Shown: positions 24,466 through 37,510 of the stretch, one piece after another | How positions within the stretch are numbered: position 1 is the stretch's first letter | Layout of the letters: each line of letters starts with the position of its first letter | Source: Octopus vulgaris | Lineage: Eukaryota | Direction: 5' to 3' | Length of the DNA: 64,000 bases | Assembly: GCA_951406725.2 (NCBI GenBank) | Contig: OX597814.1 | Span: forward strand, 22,816,001-22,880,000 | Program-made: the position numbers and the translations under genes | Notes under the pieces: generated by a model | Databases searched by the model: none | Told to the model about the DNA's origin: nothing | The model's input: the letters and a program-made list of their open reading frames with translations, nothing else

Positions 24466-24550
24466 AGGGAGTTTATCTTCCCTATTTCTAGATAGACTGA
24501 AGTCTTTAAATTTTCCTGAACACATAAAGTGAAAAACTATTGCATGTAAT

Positions 24551-24925
24551 TACTCTTTTACTCTTTTATTTCTTTCAGTCATGTGACTGTGGCCATGCTG
24601 GAGCACCGCCTTTAGTCAAGCAAATCTACCCCAGGACTTATTCTTTGTAAGCCTAATACTTATTCTATCAGTCTCTTTTGCTGAACCGCTAAGTTACAGG
24701 GATGTAAACACACCAGCAACAGTTGTCAAGCAATGTTGGGGGGACAAACACAGGCACTCACATACATATACATATATATATATATATATGTATATACGAT
24801 GGGCTTCTTTCAGTTTCCGTCTACCAAATCCCCTCACAAGGCTTTGGTCGGCCTGCAGTGGGAATGAACCCGGAACCATGTGGTTCATAAGCAATCTACT
24901 TACCACACACCCACTCCTATGCCTA
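24551..24925 (-). mobile_element. SINE family A (internal deletion)
   Basis: Reverse complement of the family A consensus. Confidence 0.88.
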
Positions 24926-25553
24926 TGATAAAGAGCATTAAAAGCAAACTACAAATGAATATACTAGGGAATAATAAGAAAAATGTATTAGTAAATGATT
25001 GATACCACTTTTGTCTACAACAGGTAGAGAAGACAACTCACGACAAGTTTTGGTCTTATTCTTGCTTCCTTAATTTTCACTGTAATTGCCAGTCATTAAA
25101 TAAATTGTATATTTGTTGAGGTATGGAAACAATAATTTATAAATTAATTAGTTTCAAGGTACCTTCCATAACTGAAGCCATAGATAAGATTCTGTTAACA
25201 TATAATGCATAGGACATTAAAAACTAACTAGAGAGAAATGGTTCATGAGAAAACTAGCACATAGCCAAATACTATCAGGTAGGGTGCTGATATTGTCAGA
25301 TGCTGGGTATACTAGTGTCTTGATCAAAGGCAATCAGAGAACTACATTCATAAAATAATATGAATCAGCAATAGAATGTGTACTAAGCACAACAAAAAAG
25401 CTGTACCTTCTTTTTCCTTTTGAGTTATCCTCTTAATTGAGATTACATTTAGAAAGTGGGTAGGAAAAGAGAAAGAGTATATGGTATATTTGAGTGAAAT
25501 ATAGAACGTGTGTGTATATCAGTGTGTGTGTCTGTTATGTTGGCAGTAATATA

Positions 25554-25972
25554 AGGCAGTGAGCTGGCAGAAATATTAGCACACCAGGCGAAATGCTTAG
25601 CGGTATTTCATCTGCTGTTATGTTCTGAGTTCAAATTCCGCCGAGGTCAACTTTGCCTTTCATCCTTTTGGGGTCAATTAAATAAGTACCAGTTATGCAC
25701 TGGGGTCAATATAATCGACTTAATCCGTTTGTCTGTCCTTGTTTGTCCTCTCTGTATTTAGCCTCTTGTGGGTAGTAAAGAAATAGGTATTTCTTCTGCC
25801 GTTATATTCTGAGTTCAAATTCCGCCCAGGTCAACTTTGCCTTTCATCCTTGCGGGGTTGATAAATTAAGTACCAGTTACGCACTGGGGTTGATGTAATC
25901 GACTTAATCCCTTTGTCTGTCCTTGTTTGTTCCCTCTATGTTTAGCCCCTTGTGGCCAATAAAGAAATAAGT
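25554..25972 (+). mobile_element. SINE family B with tandem-duplicated body
   Basis: Head plus two bodies joined at aaatag|gtatttc; TSD agtaatataag. Confidence 0.88.
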
Positions 25973-27488
25973 AATATAAGAGTTTTAAAGATAAATGAGA
26001 TTAATGTGATGGTAATTTATTTCAACTAATGCTTTACTTGTTATTGGTACCAGATGGCTGGGCAGGAATTTGGGCTTAATATGACATGTTACTCCATAAG
26101 GCTTATTGGCACAGAATGACATTTGAGGAAACTGACACTAAATAGCTGACTAGTTTCGTATTTTAGCAACTCTAGAGAAATGGAAAGCAAACTTAACTTC
26201 AGTAAGATTTGAGCTGAGAATGTAAAGAACTATTTCAAATGCTGCTAGGCTTGATGCTCTAACAATTCTGTTGATTCACCATCAAAATGTATAACAATAT
26301 ACTGATTATTATGTAAAGTGAGTTATTATTAACATTTAAGAAATAACTCTCAAGTTCTTGAGAAAGTTTTGGTTATATTATTTATGCAGCTTTTGCAATA
26401 ATGCCCACTCATGTTCCACATACTAAATAAGTTCATATTCGTGATTTTGCTCCTTTAATTATTGGTATTATCATCATTACTATTCATAAGTTTTTTCCTC
26501 TCCTCATTTCCTTTAGTATTTACTCATTGTTCATGTAGCTTTCGGCATTTTATAATCATATTCATGCCATTATAAATTATTCAAAAAGCTAGATTAATCT
26601 GACATTTCCTGAAGATCATGTTTAGATATCAACAATTACTTCATCTGTTGATTGAGTTATCCACAATTACAGAATGGTTTTCTGAATTAATGATAAGATT
26701 AGGAAGAGAACATTGCTGAAGCATATCTGCCCACTAAGTTTCAAATTAATGTGAGGAGCTAAAGATTTAATGCTGTAGGCTACTTTGATTTTGCTTTTGT
26801 CCTATCAAAAGATATCACTTCTACAAAAATGATAGCAGAATCAGACAACGGCATCCAGGCAATATATATTTTGATAGCAATAATATAAAAATGTTTAATA
26901 CTATTTCACTGATTGCTTTTAACTTCATAATTCCACATTTTCTTTCATAGTAGGAATTTTGATAATTTTCATAGAAAGATTTTTTTTAAATGTTTTAATT
27001 GTTCAGAATCAAAATTCCAGTTTGATTAAAATTCGATTAGTAGCTTCTGTTTTTAATCATCAGTTGAAGAGTCCATTTAACTTTTGTCTTTAATTTTTTT
27101 CTTGTGTGTGTGTGTTGTTGTTGTTTCTGTTGTTGTTGTTGTTGGAACTTCATACAACACTCAGAAGAAATAAATTCATCTTTTTCATATCATCTTTTGA
27201 AGTTCAATTAAGTAGGAGATATGGAGATATTCATGAGAAAAAAGGAGAAATTTTATTAGATAATAGGTTTAAAAATCTAGAAATGATAAAACTATATGAC
27301 TAAACACTAGTGAAGTTATTTAAATGACTCTGTACATTACAGACTGTATATATATAAATCAAAGACAGAATATGGCAATTCAATAGCTTGCATTAGTCAT
27401 ATTTTGTCATCTCAAGTCCACACAAACAAATTTAGGTTCTAATCAATCAAATGAAGTCTAGAATTACTCCTGTTTGAGAATATATACA

Positions 27489-27862
27489 AGCACGGGAGTG
27501 GCTGTGCAGTAAGTAGCTTACTTACCAACTACGTGGTTCTGGGTTCAGTCCCACTGCGTGGCACCTTGGCAAGTGTCTTCTACTAAAGTCTCAGGCCAAC
27601 CGATGCCTTGTGAGTGGATTTGGTAGATGGAAATTGAAAGAAGCCTGTCATATATATGTATATATGTGTGTGTTTGTGTGTCTGTGTTTGTCCCCCACCA
27701 ACATCGCTTGACAACCGATGCTAGTGTGTTTACGTCCCCGTAACTTAGCGGTGTGGCAAAAGACAACGATAGAATAAGTACTAAGCTTTCAGAGAATAAG
27801 TCCTGGGGTCGATTTTCTCAACTAAAGGCGGTGCTCCAGCATGGCCGCAGTCAAATGACTGA
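27489..27862 (+). mobile_element. SINE family A
   Basis: Matches 10423-10815. Confidence 0.88.
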
Positions 27863-28334
27863 TGGTTGATGGTTTGATTCCCATCATTAGAACTTCATTC
27901 ATTCCAATGTTCTGTGTTTCCACTGTGTGTGTTGGCACAGTCTACCAAGCTATAACTAATTAATATTGTGAGGTAATGATAAATAATGCATTTTAACTGC
28001 TAGCATCAAGAGTACTGCATTGTTGTTTGTTGTTATTGCATAACCCTAGGTCAACTCTGATTAAACAGATTTATAATTAAAGGCATTCTATCCATGACTG
28101 TCCATTTTTTCTCAGACATTCAGTATTGCTTTTTTTTTTTCTTAATTGGAAAGTGTAATTTACACAGTGAGATGATTGGGTGTTTCTGTTTGGACGCTAG
28201 TGGTTTGGCATTGCTGACTGGACATAGAGCCTGCTTTGCAGACAGTACTTTTTGGCTGTAGTGGTAAACACCGATATGCACAGAAATATAAACATAGATA
28301 TAGAGAGTGAGAGAGACACATTTATCAGTTCAAC

Positions 28335-28840
28335 ATCATCATATCATCATCATCATCATCATTTAACGTCCATTTTCCATGCTAGCATGGGTTGGATGAC
28401 TTGACTGAGGACTGTCGAACCAGATGGCTGCACCAGGCTCCAATCTGATCTGGCAGAGTTTCTACAGCTGGATGCCTTTCCTAATGCCAACCACTCCGAG
28501 AGTGTAGTGGGTGCTTTTGCCTGCCACCGGCATGAGGGCCAGTCTAGTGGTACTGGCAACGACCATGCTCAAATGGTGTATTTTACATGCCACCTGCACA
28601 GGAGTCAGTCCAGCGGCACTGGCAATGACCTCACTCAAATGTTTTGTTCACATGCCACCGGTATAAGTGCCAGTAAGGCAACGCAGGTAACAATCACGCT
28701 CAAATAGTGCCTTTTACGTGCCACCGGCATGGAAACCAGACAGCTGCTCTGGCAGTGATCCAGCTTGGATGGAGCTGTTAGCGCTTCACTGGCACAGGTG
28801 CCAGTCATCGAATTTGGTTCAATTTCGGTTCGATTTCATG
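28335..28840 (-). mobile_element. SINE-like family C with internal minisatellite
   Basis: (CAT)n tail, conserved body, several gtgccaccggca units. Confidence 0.85.
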
Positions 28841-29535
28841 ACTGACAAAAACATTCTCTCCTTTCTTTATACTCATAAAGAGAAATATGCTCATACACTT
28901 AAGCAGAGAGAGAGGTGGGGGGAAAGAGGGAAAGAGAGAGGGAGGGAGAGAGAGAGAGATAGTGGGTAGGGTGGAGGAGAAAGAGAGAAGCATTAAAATA
29001 TCTGATGTCAAATAAGTCTGTTAAATCAGCAATGTGAAAGAGGCAGTGTCAAGCGATGTGAAATAGGCAGTGCCAACCAGTTTCATCCCTTATAAATTAA
29101 GAGATGTTCATCTGCTACTTCTAACAGTTTAAGTGACCACGTAGAGACTTCCTGTATGTAACAGCGTCTGTTTATTTGTTTGTTGGCTGCAGTAATTATC
29201 AAGGAGAGACTCTTCTGCTGTAGTCATTTAAAGAGATTCAGAAATTGATCCTGAGATCAGCTGAAATTTTTAGTATCAGCAGAAACTCATCCTTATCATC
29301 TCCCTTTCAATAAAACGAAATAAAAGGAGAGACAACAAGTAAATTATGTGCTCAATAAGGCCAAAATTCATGCTCTCAGAAAAGACAGATAATATATTAT
29401 TTTTCAGGTAAATCTTTTTAATATAATTTCAATGCTCTACATCCCAATACACACTCACACACACACACACACGCATACACACACATACACACACATGTAT
29501 GTGTATGTATGTATGTATGTATATATGTATGAATC

Positions 29536-29579
<44 letters not shown>

Positions 29580-29581
<2 letters not shown>

Positions 29582-29840
29582 CTTGCTGGTAGCACGTAAA
29601 AAGCACCAACCAATCGTGGCCATTGCAAGCCTCTTCTGGCCGTTGTGCCGGTGGAACATAAAAAGCACCCACTACACTCACGGAGTCATTGGTGTTAGGA
29701 AGGACATCCAGCTGTAGAAACACTGCCAGATCAGACTGGAGCCTGGTGCAGCTGCCTGGCTTCCCAGACCCCAGTCGAACCGTCCAACCTATGCTAGCAT
29801 GGAAAACAGACGTTAAACGATGATGATGATGATGACGACG
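29580..29840 (+). mobile_element. SINE-like family C, 5'-truncated
   Basis: Two minisatellite units, conserved body, (GAT)n tail. Confidence 0.85.
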
Positions 29841-31049
29841 ATATATCAGTGTATTATTCTCTGATACTAAATTGATTATTCATGTTCTGATATAAAGCCA
29901 ATGACTCATTTCTAAAAATGTTTAATGTTCTCATATGCCAATTTCCATATCTACCTCATATCTAACAGAATCTCAGAAAACTATTTATAATCAGTTTTTT
30001 AATTTTTTACTTTTATTTTTCCAAACAATGTAAATTATTCATCACAACTTACATAGTCTAAATCGTATCAAACCAATCAATCTCATATATTTAGTGAAAA
30101 AGAAGTAAAAAGAAAATATAAACAAATAACAAACACTAACTTGGAATTAATTATATTCATTTGAACAATAAAGAATAATTTGATAATTTTATAAACAACT
30201 TACTTTCTAAAGTAAGTTGAATAAATAATAAATCAATGTAAATACTTCAAAGTTTAACTGACAGCTTAAATAACTGTTATAACAGTCTAAGTTGTTGTTT
30301 GTATTCTCTTTACATTGAGTATGAACCAGTAATTTAACCAATTACAGCTTACAAGAACAGTAGTTAACAATGAAAATTTGAAAGAGGATTGACTTGTTGG
30401 TTTGCCAGAAAACTCTTCTATAATCAATGTAATTTAAGTCAAGTTATGCTGAAGGCTCCACTCGTAATCTTATACATTAAATTAGAAGTAAGCCTTAAGG
30501 GAAAAGACTGAAACGTGGCTCTTATCCTTCAGAGCTTAAATATTACAGTCAGTTAACCTCAGGCTAATGTTTAGAAGTTGTGTAAAGCAGAATCATGAAT
30601 AATCTTCACCTACTGGAAATCATCATCCTTCACGTGTTTAAGATGATTCAAACAGCAATAAGGTAATAAGACGAGAAATTCAGATAGCACAATTGCCATT
30701 TGAGAATAAAAATTGACACTGAATAAACTTTCCAACAGTTAAAATAGATTAAGCTAGAATAATGAATATAGCAAGTTATTACGTAAACTAGTGTACAGGG
30801 ATAAGGTTGATTGTCAATTTGACACTAACTGAAAATTTCAGAAAGCCTATGTGGCATGCCAAAAACTAGTGATGTAGCTTTATGGTTAAGGTGTCAATCT
30901 CATCACGTTTTGAGTTCCAAGTTTAAATGCTTAGACAGTGTTTATCGTTGCATGCTGGGTAAGTTGTTTTAGTTGCCAGAAACTTCTTACCTAGAAATTA
31001 TTTGTTCTTTCAAAGTGTATACAGTATCTACATGGACATTGACTATTGT

Positions 31050-31370
31050 TACATGGCTTAGTGGTTAGAGTTTTCTGCAGACAATCATAAGATCATGAGT
31101 TTGATTCCCTGTGGCATGTTTTGTCCATGGGCAAGACACTTTATTTTATGCTGTTCCTATCCACTCAGCTGGTAAAAGTGAGTCGTACTTGCATTTGGAA
31201 GGGCTAAACTTGTCATATTCTGTGTCATGCTGAATCTCCCTGAGAACTACATTAATGGTATGTGTATCTGTGGAGCGCTCAGCTGCTGCTTGTATGTTAA
31301 TTTTATGAGCAGGCTATTCCATTGATAGGGTCAGCTGGAATCCTTGTCATCATAACTGACAGAGTGCCTG
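31050..31370 (+). mobile_element. Older tRNA-headed SINE (family D-like)
   Basis: tggcttagtggttagag...gagtttgattccc...ggcaagacactttatttt; shares its 5' region with 33130-33260. Confidence 0.6.
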
Positions 31371-31500
31371 TATAGTAGACCAAATTCATAAGTAGTCATG
31401 ATAAGCACTAGACGTTAATGAAGTAAATTATCAACAAAACGATACATCATTTTGAGACAATATGCAGAAATATTGCAACACACACACACACAAGCACACA

Positions 31501-31549
<49 letters not shown>

Positions 31550-31939
31550 GGGACATGAAAATACAAGAAGACAAGTTAAAAAACAGTGTATTAGGGTTAC
31601 ACTCAGGGAAAAGGTAAAAAGGAAAAGTTTTTTATGTATACACTCTTCTACTGTTTTCCACCAACCGTTCCTGATCCCTGTCCCTATTCATTCTTATTTT
31701 CACCTTCCTGTATATTGAAAGTAGATTCTGGTACCTTTTCACCAATATTTTTGTCTTCTTTCAAGCTTTTCCCACCCGCCTTTATATAATGTTGGATACC
31801 CATGTATTTCCTCTATCACAAGGTACCTGTGTCAATCCTTTTATCATACTTTAGACTCTCAACACAGGTTATTAAACCAACTGCCTCTCTATTTTAACCT
31901 CACTCAGTCGAGGGGACTTTTTCTGTCTTGACATGTTGA

Positions 31940-32560
31940 GGAATTTAAAACAATTTTTGAAAGATAGACAACCATACAAGAAGCCACTACAAGAGCCTGC
32001 TTTGTGCTTACTTATAAAATTGCCAAACATAGCAAACTATTTTCTTAAGCAGAATTTTTAAAGGAATGTATGCTTAATGCAGTTGATATTGTCTATCCAG
32101 GTTTAAAAGCAGAAATTGATACTATATCTCCATCAGGGAGAACTATAGCTCTTTGTAGTAATGTGATTTCACAGAATCTGTCAGAAAAGTGACTTGAAGG
32201 TGGCAGGTTTATTTGTGTGGTACTCACAGGCAATACCTGAGAATACTGACATACAAGACCTGGCTTAATTGCTCGTATTTATTAGAGGTATTGATGTTAA
32301 TTTTGCAATTACTTAAAGGTTGCTGTCAGTGGAACTGTTAAAGAAAACCACAACAAGCTAAGATTTGTATGGCTGTTAAACACAGCTTGGATAGATGTAG
32401 TTTATCTTGGAAGAAGCTGACAATCATTACAACATATGGCACATCTTCACTAACAGGAAAATATGCTTGTCTCATAAAGCTGCTTAATGATAAAGTGAAA
32501 GACGAGAAGTTATGTTATGCTCTGTAATCATTCCATTGTATTATTCATCAGAAAAGTCTT
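31940..32560 (+). mobile_element. Degenerate hAT (SPIN/Charlie, GTF2IRD2-like) transposase fragment
   Basis: Translation with stops: ATTRACFVLTYKIAKHSKLF..EFLKECML..VDIVYP; ENTDIQDLA*LLVFIRGID; SWKKL..ITT.G; FHCIIHQ. Confidence 0.75.
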
Positions 32561-32892
32561 ATGAGTTTCTTGTACCTTGAATGTTTCTCTGGCATCCCAC
32601 TATCACTACCACATTTAAATCTTTTCCAGCTGCTCCCTTCCACCCTCGCATAATGCAAGGTAGCATGTATCTCCTCTATTTAACAAGATACCTGTGCATG
32701 TCTCTCTAGCCTTAAACATCTGGTATAAAGCTACTTGCTTCTCTCGCAAATACATTCCCACTCAGTCAAGTGGGGTGTTTTTCCTTTTTCCTTTTTAGCC
32801 TTGCAAGTTAGTTGGTGACTTCACTAGTGCTGATGGCATGTAAAAGGTATTCAGTACACACTGTGAAGGTGCTTGGCTCAATAGTTTAAATA

Positions 32893-33126
32893 CCTATTTC
32901 TTTACTACCCACAAGGGGCTAAGCACAGAGGGGACAAACAAGGACAGACACATGGATTAAGTCGATTATATCGACCCCAGTGTGTAACTGGTACTTATTT
33001 AATCGACCTCGAAAGGATGAAAGGCAAAGTCGACCTCGGCGGAATTTGAACTCAGAATGTAGCTGCAGACGAAATACTGCTAAGCATTTCGCCCGGTGTG
33101 CTAACAATTCTGCCAGCTCGCCACCT
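32893..33126 (-). mobile_element. SINE family B
   Basis: Reverse complement of the family B consensus; includes the first bases (ggtattt) of a second body. Confidence 0.88.
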
Positions 33127-33129
33127 TTT

Positions 33130-33455
33130 GGTGGTTTGAATACTGGGCTCACACTCATGAGCTAGTGAGTTTGATGCCTGAACCAGACTATGTGTTGTAT
33201 TCTTGAGCAAGACACTTTATTTCACATTGCTCCAGTTCACTCTGCTGTAGAAATGAATTGCAGCATCACTGGTGCCAAGCTGTATTGGCCTTTACCTTTC
33301 CCTTGGATAACATCAGTGGTGTGAAGAGAGGAGGCTGGTATGATGAGCAACTGCTGGTCTTTTGTAAACAAACTTACCAGAATTTGTGCCTCAGAGTGGA
33401 ACTTTCTAGGTGCAACCCCATGGTCATTCATGATTGAAGGGGGTCTTTACTCTTT
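33130..33455 (+). mobile_element. Older SINE (family D-like)
   Basis: cttgagcaagacactttatttcacattgctccagttcactc central motif; tail gggggtctttactcttta. Confidence 0.6.
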
Positions 33456-34273
33456 ATACACTGTAAGTTGGACAGAATTAGAAAGGGCATCAAGCTGTGA
33501 AAACCATGTCAAGCTGATATTGAGATCTTATGCAGCTCTGCAGCTTGTCAGATCCTGTCAAACCAAACAACCAGTACCAGTATGGAAAATGAAGGTTAAA
33601 TGATGATGATGGTGACAAAGATAATTATGACGTGTAAATTGTTCTGATTTTAACCCTGTGACTAAACATGATTTTGTCTTTATTAGAGTTAGGGGGCTAA
33701 ATCCCAGACTGTTCAGAAATTTGCAAAATAATCTGAAATGTAAATTTTCAGATGTAGTGTATCCATTGCAATACATAATGACGAAACTAAGAAAATATTT
33801 TGAAAAGTGTGTGGGATCTGAGAGAATAACATATGTTCTTTCTTGAAATGAAGAATATTATTTGTGAATGTTTAAGTAACACAGAAAAAAATAAAAAAAC
33901 AGAACGGCTATGCACAACTTTCAAATATTCAATAAACCAAGTGAACAGAATATTAAGTTACATGGGAAAGGTGTTTTGCATATGAATTGTTTGTCGCAAT
34001 TAAATCATTTCAAGTAAAATTTGTTGTTCTTTCCAAAAAACTCTGAGCATAATTTTATGAACAGAAATACAGTCAGATAACTGATGGCTGTATTTCTGTT
34101 CAGAGAAACACAGCCAGCAGGTATTTGATTTAAAGGTGAGTTTTCTTGGTGGTTTACAGAATTTAAATCTACGAGAGATCAGACCAGTATTTTGAGTTAC
34201 ACTCTACCAGAGCAAATATTCTGAAAGAATTTTTATGAAAATTAAACTGACTAAATTCTCTGCATCACTCAAA

Positions 34274-34662
34274 TCATCATCATCATCATTATCTAACGTC
34301 CGCTTTCCATGCTAGCATGGGTTGGACGATTTGACTGAGGGCTGGCGAATCAGATGGCTGCACCAGGCTCCAATCTTGATCTGGCAGAGTTTCTACAGCT
34401 TGATGCCCTTTCTAACGTTAACCACTCCAAGAGTGTAGTGGGTGCTTTTACGTGCCACTGGCACGGGGGTCAGTCAGGTGGTACTGACAACAACTTCACT
34501 CGAATCTTTTTACACATGCCACCGGCACAGGTGCCAGTAAGGCAATGCTGGTAACGATCATGCTCCAATGGTGCCTTTTACATGCCACCGGCATGGAAGC
34601 CAGTTAGCCGCTCTGGCAACGATCACACTCAGATGGTGCTCTAAGCACCCTACTAGCATGGG
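34274..34662 (-). mobile_element. SINE-like family C
   Basis: Conserved body plus minisatellite units. Confidence 0.85.
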
Positions 34663-35852
34663 GCTCATATGTATTCTTTGCTAGAACCTTTATGTGTTAA
34701 CAGACATTCTCACATATGAACATTTACAAATCAAGGAATATGCCTCTTCTAACAAACTCAAACTTGCACACTCTCTTCATATAACTATAAACAGGCTGAA
34801 TCCTGACTATAGAAAATATGTGTAGGCTTGCGCAAAATTGCATAAATCTCATTAGGAGTTTGTGTAGCTGTTCAGTTACAGTAATATTAATGCAAAATAA
34901 CATTAAATTCAGTTATATCACTTCCATTGTGTACCAAATAATTCTGTTGCTTGAAAAGTAGTTATATTTTTAAGTAAAAAATATTTTTTTTTATTCTGTA
35001 ATTTTAGTTATTTGTTGAATTCAGCCTGTTAGAAACCTTACAGATGTTCATAAGAAGCTTTTGGAGAAGAGTTTACCCAACTCAATATATATTTATTATT
35101 CTTATTTTGTACACCAACATGAGATAAAATGTCACTTAAAATTAGCTCAATCATTAGAGATAAACAAACTCAATGCAATGCATCCCCCACGACACACTCA
35201 ATGTAGCATTCACACACACACACACACACATGCCCCACTATATATATACACACTTTTATTCTTTAATATTTATAAGATGCAGTTTAATTTCTGCCTGCAT
35301 TTCAACTGCGTTTTATGTATTATGGAGATGAATACACACACTGTAGGAAAAATAGTATTATGTAATAATATGCATATTGAACTTATATAAAGGCAGCAGA
35401 TGTTGTGCCTGTCCAACATCAAAATAGTAGCCATTTACAGAATTACTACATATAATTCCATGCATTAAATAAACATTTTTATAAGGAATTGGAAATCATT
35501 TATTTTATCATTTAATAATTTATACTTACAGTTTTAGTCCAAAGCAGTACCACCTACTTTGCTTTCTAAGACAGTACATCCCTTATATATGGTGAGAAAT
35601 AACTGACATGTTGAATTTGTTTTGCTTATTTAGTTTGAGGAAGAAATAATCATAACCTTTTCAGGACCTCACAAGCAGTTCAGTTTCAGTCTCTGAAGTT
35701 TGATATCTAAAGGGAAAATATAAGCAAATAGAGTGTTCTAGAAGGATCTATTTCTGAGACAGAAGAACTTGGTGAAATATATAGCACTGAGTGTTAAGTA
35801 AGATATGGTATGGATGATGAGAGATGCAACATACAGGTAGAAATGATAGATA

Positions 35853-36078
35853 AGGCAGCAAGCTGGCAGAAAAGTTAGCACGCCGAGCAAAATGCTTAGT
35901 GGTATTTTGTCTGCTGTTACGTTCTGAGTTCAAATTCCGCCAAGGTCGACTTTGCCTTTCAATCTTTCAGGGTCGATAAATTAAGTACCACTGGGATCGA
36001 TGTAATCGACTTAATCCCTTTGTCTGTCCTTGTTTGTCCTCTCTATGTTTAACCCCTTGTGGGCAATAAAGAAATAAG
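35853..36078 (+). mobile_element. SINE family B with TSD agaaatgataga
   Basis: Consensus match with flanking direct repeat. Confidence 0.88.
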
Positions 36079-36399
36079 AAATGATAGAGAAATGATAGTG
36101 CTAGTGTAAAAGTGACAAATATTACTTACTGAAACAAAAGGAAGAAGCAGTGACCTTAGCTTTTGCAGACTCTCCAAAACTGGTGAGACTGATGCTAATA
36201 ATGCCCCATTAAACAGTTGTAAATCAAGAGCAGTACTGAAGATATAAGTAGGGGGGAGATTCTAGATGAGCAATGTTCTGAGGAAGAAAACCCAAGCATA
36301 ATGGTTTGCATGGGATCTTGTGGATACAAGGATGACAAAAAGAGACAATTCGGTCAGAAGTGGCTGAGGAAGTACAAACCAGCCGGCACCAAGCAAAAG

Positions 36400-36900
36400 A
36401 GGCCATTATATTAGACATTGAAAAGACAGGAAGTAGATATCCTGCATTTGAGGACTAGTAGCTAGAGTGTGTTTGTGGGTAATTTTATGCTACTTAGTCA
36501 AGTGTTCCTTTTCTGGATATAGTCCTAAAGGTTTGTGTATGCAGCAACACAAATAATGCAGATGTAGAAGTCATACTGCATCGTGGGCCTCACTTGAGTT
36601 TTGAAGTGCCAGTAACTGGGGTGAGCTGAAATATTTTCTGGCCCTGAAGAGAAGGGCCAATCTTTGGAATGCAGTCTTAGAAATATTTTGCTGAGTGAAA
36701 ACTTGCTAGTTGGTGCAATGAATACATTTTCAGTAAGATCAACTATACTTGTGTTAATCCATCACAGATATGGTAGGAATACTCTAATGAAGGACTATTC
36801 CAGTTTTAGCAAGGATCAGCAACACCTCAGGACTCAAGTAGTTTCTGGCCTTAAAAAGAAAGTTTAACCTTTAAAACGACACTGTAGCTATGACGTGCAT
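36400..36900 (-). mobile_element. Degenerate LINE RT C-terminal fragment (CR1/L2/Jockey group)
   Basis: Minus translation QNISKTAFQRLALLFRARKYFSSPQLLAL..TQVRPTMQY resembles the AxKxLGFLxRxxxYF...LYKxQIRPxLEY motif. Confidence 0.55.
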
Positions 36901-37275
36901 TGAAATTTAGAAGAGAAAGGTAAATACCACTAGTGAGTTACAGAACTTTTGAAAGAAGATTTGTGGGTCATTTATTTATCTAAAATGTTAATTTTATCAA
37001 CATTTAAGATGATAGCTGTGATTGCTTCAACAATTTTATCAAGAACAAATAAGTTTTTATTTCAAGGAGTTGCTGTGTGGTAAGTAGCTTACTTACCAAC
37101 CACATAGTTCCGGATTCAGTCTCACTGCATGGAATCTTGGGCAAGTGACTTCTACTATAGCCTCAGGATGACCAAAGCCTTGTGAGTGGATTTGGTAGAG
37201 AGAAACTGAAAGAAGCCCGTCGTATATATATATATATATATATATATATACTTTATTTAAAAGCAGCAGAAATTC

Positions 37276-37328
37276 AACAAAACTTGTTACTCAGAGTTTC
37301 ACGTTCCCATTCGTCGGACAATTTTGTT
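37276..37328 (-). ncRNA. Minimal type I hammerhead ribozyme motif, U4C variant
   Basis: Minus strand reads AACAAAATTGT CCGACGA ATG ggaa CGT GAAA CTCtGAG TA ACAAgTTTTGTT. Confidence 0.7.
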
Positions 37329-37336
37329 AAAATTTT

Positions 37337-37389
37337 AACAAAACTGTCCAATGAATGGGAACGTGAAACTCCGAGTAACAGGTTTTGTT
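37337..37389 (+). ncRNA. Mirror HHR motif with decayed core (CCAATGA, G5A)
   Basis: AACAAAACTGT CCAATGA ATG ggaa CGT GAAA CTCcGAG TA ACAGgTTTTGTT. Confidence 0.55.
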
Positions 37390-37479
37390 GAATTTCTGCT
37401 GCTTTTAAATAAAGCATATTACTCTACCCCTGGTATTTGTGTACTTTTTTTCCACCTTGTTTCACATTTATGTGTTTAC

Positions 37480-37510
<31 letters not shown>

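Larger units (their letters stand above)
37251..37480 (+). mobile_element. Penelope-like 3' terminus with spacer-less inverted copy (82-bp arms)
   Basis: 37251-37332 is the reverse complement of 37333-37414 with 5 mismatches. AATAAA at 37408; 66-bp unpaired tail; (TA)n on both sides. Confidence 0.8.
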
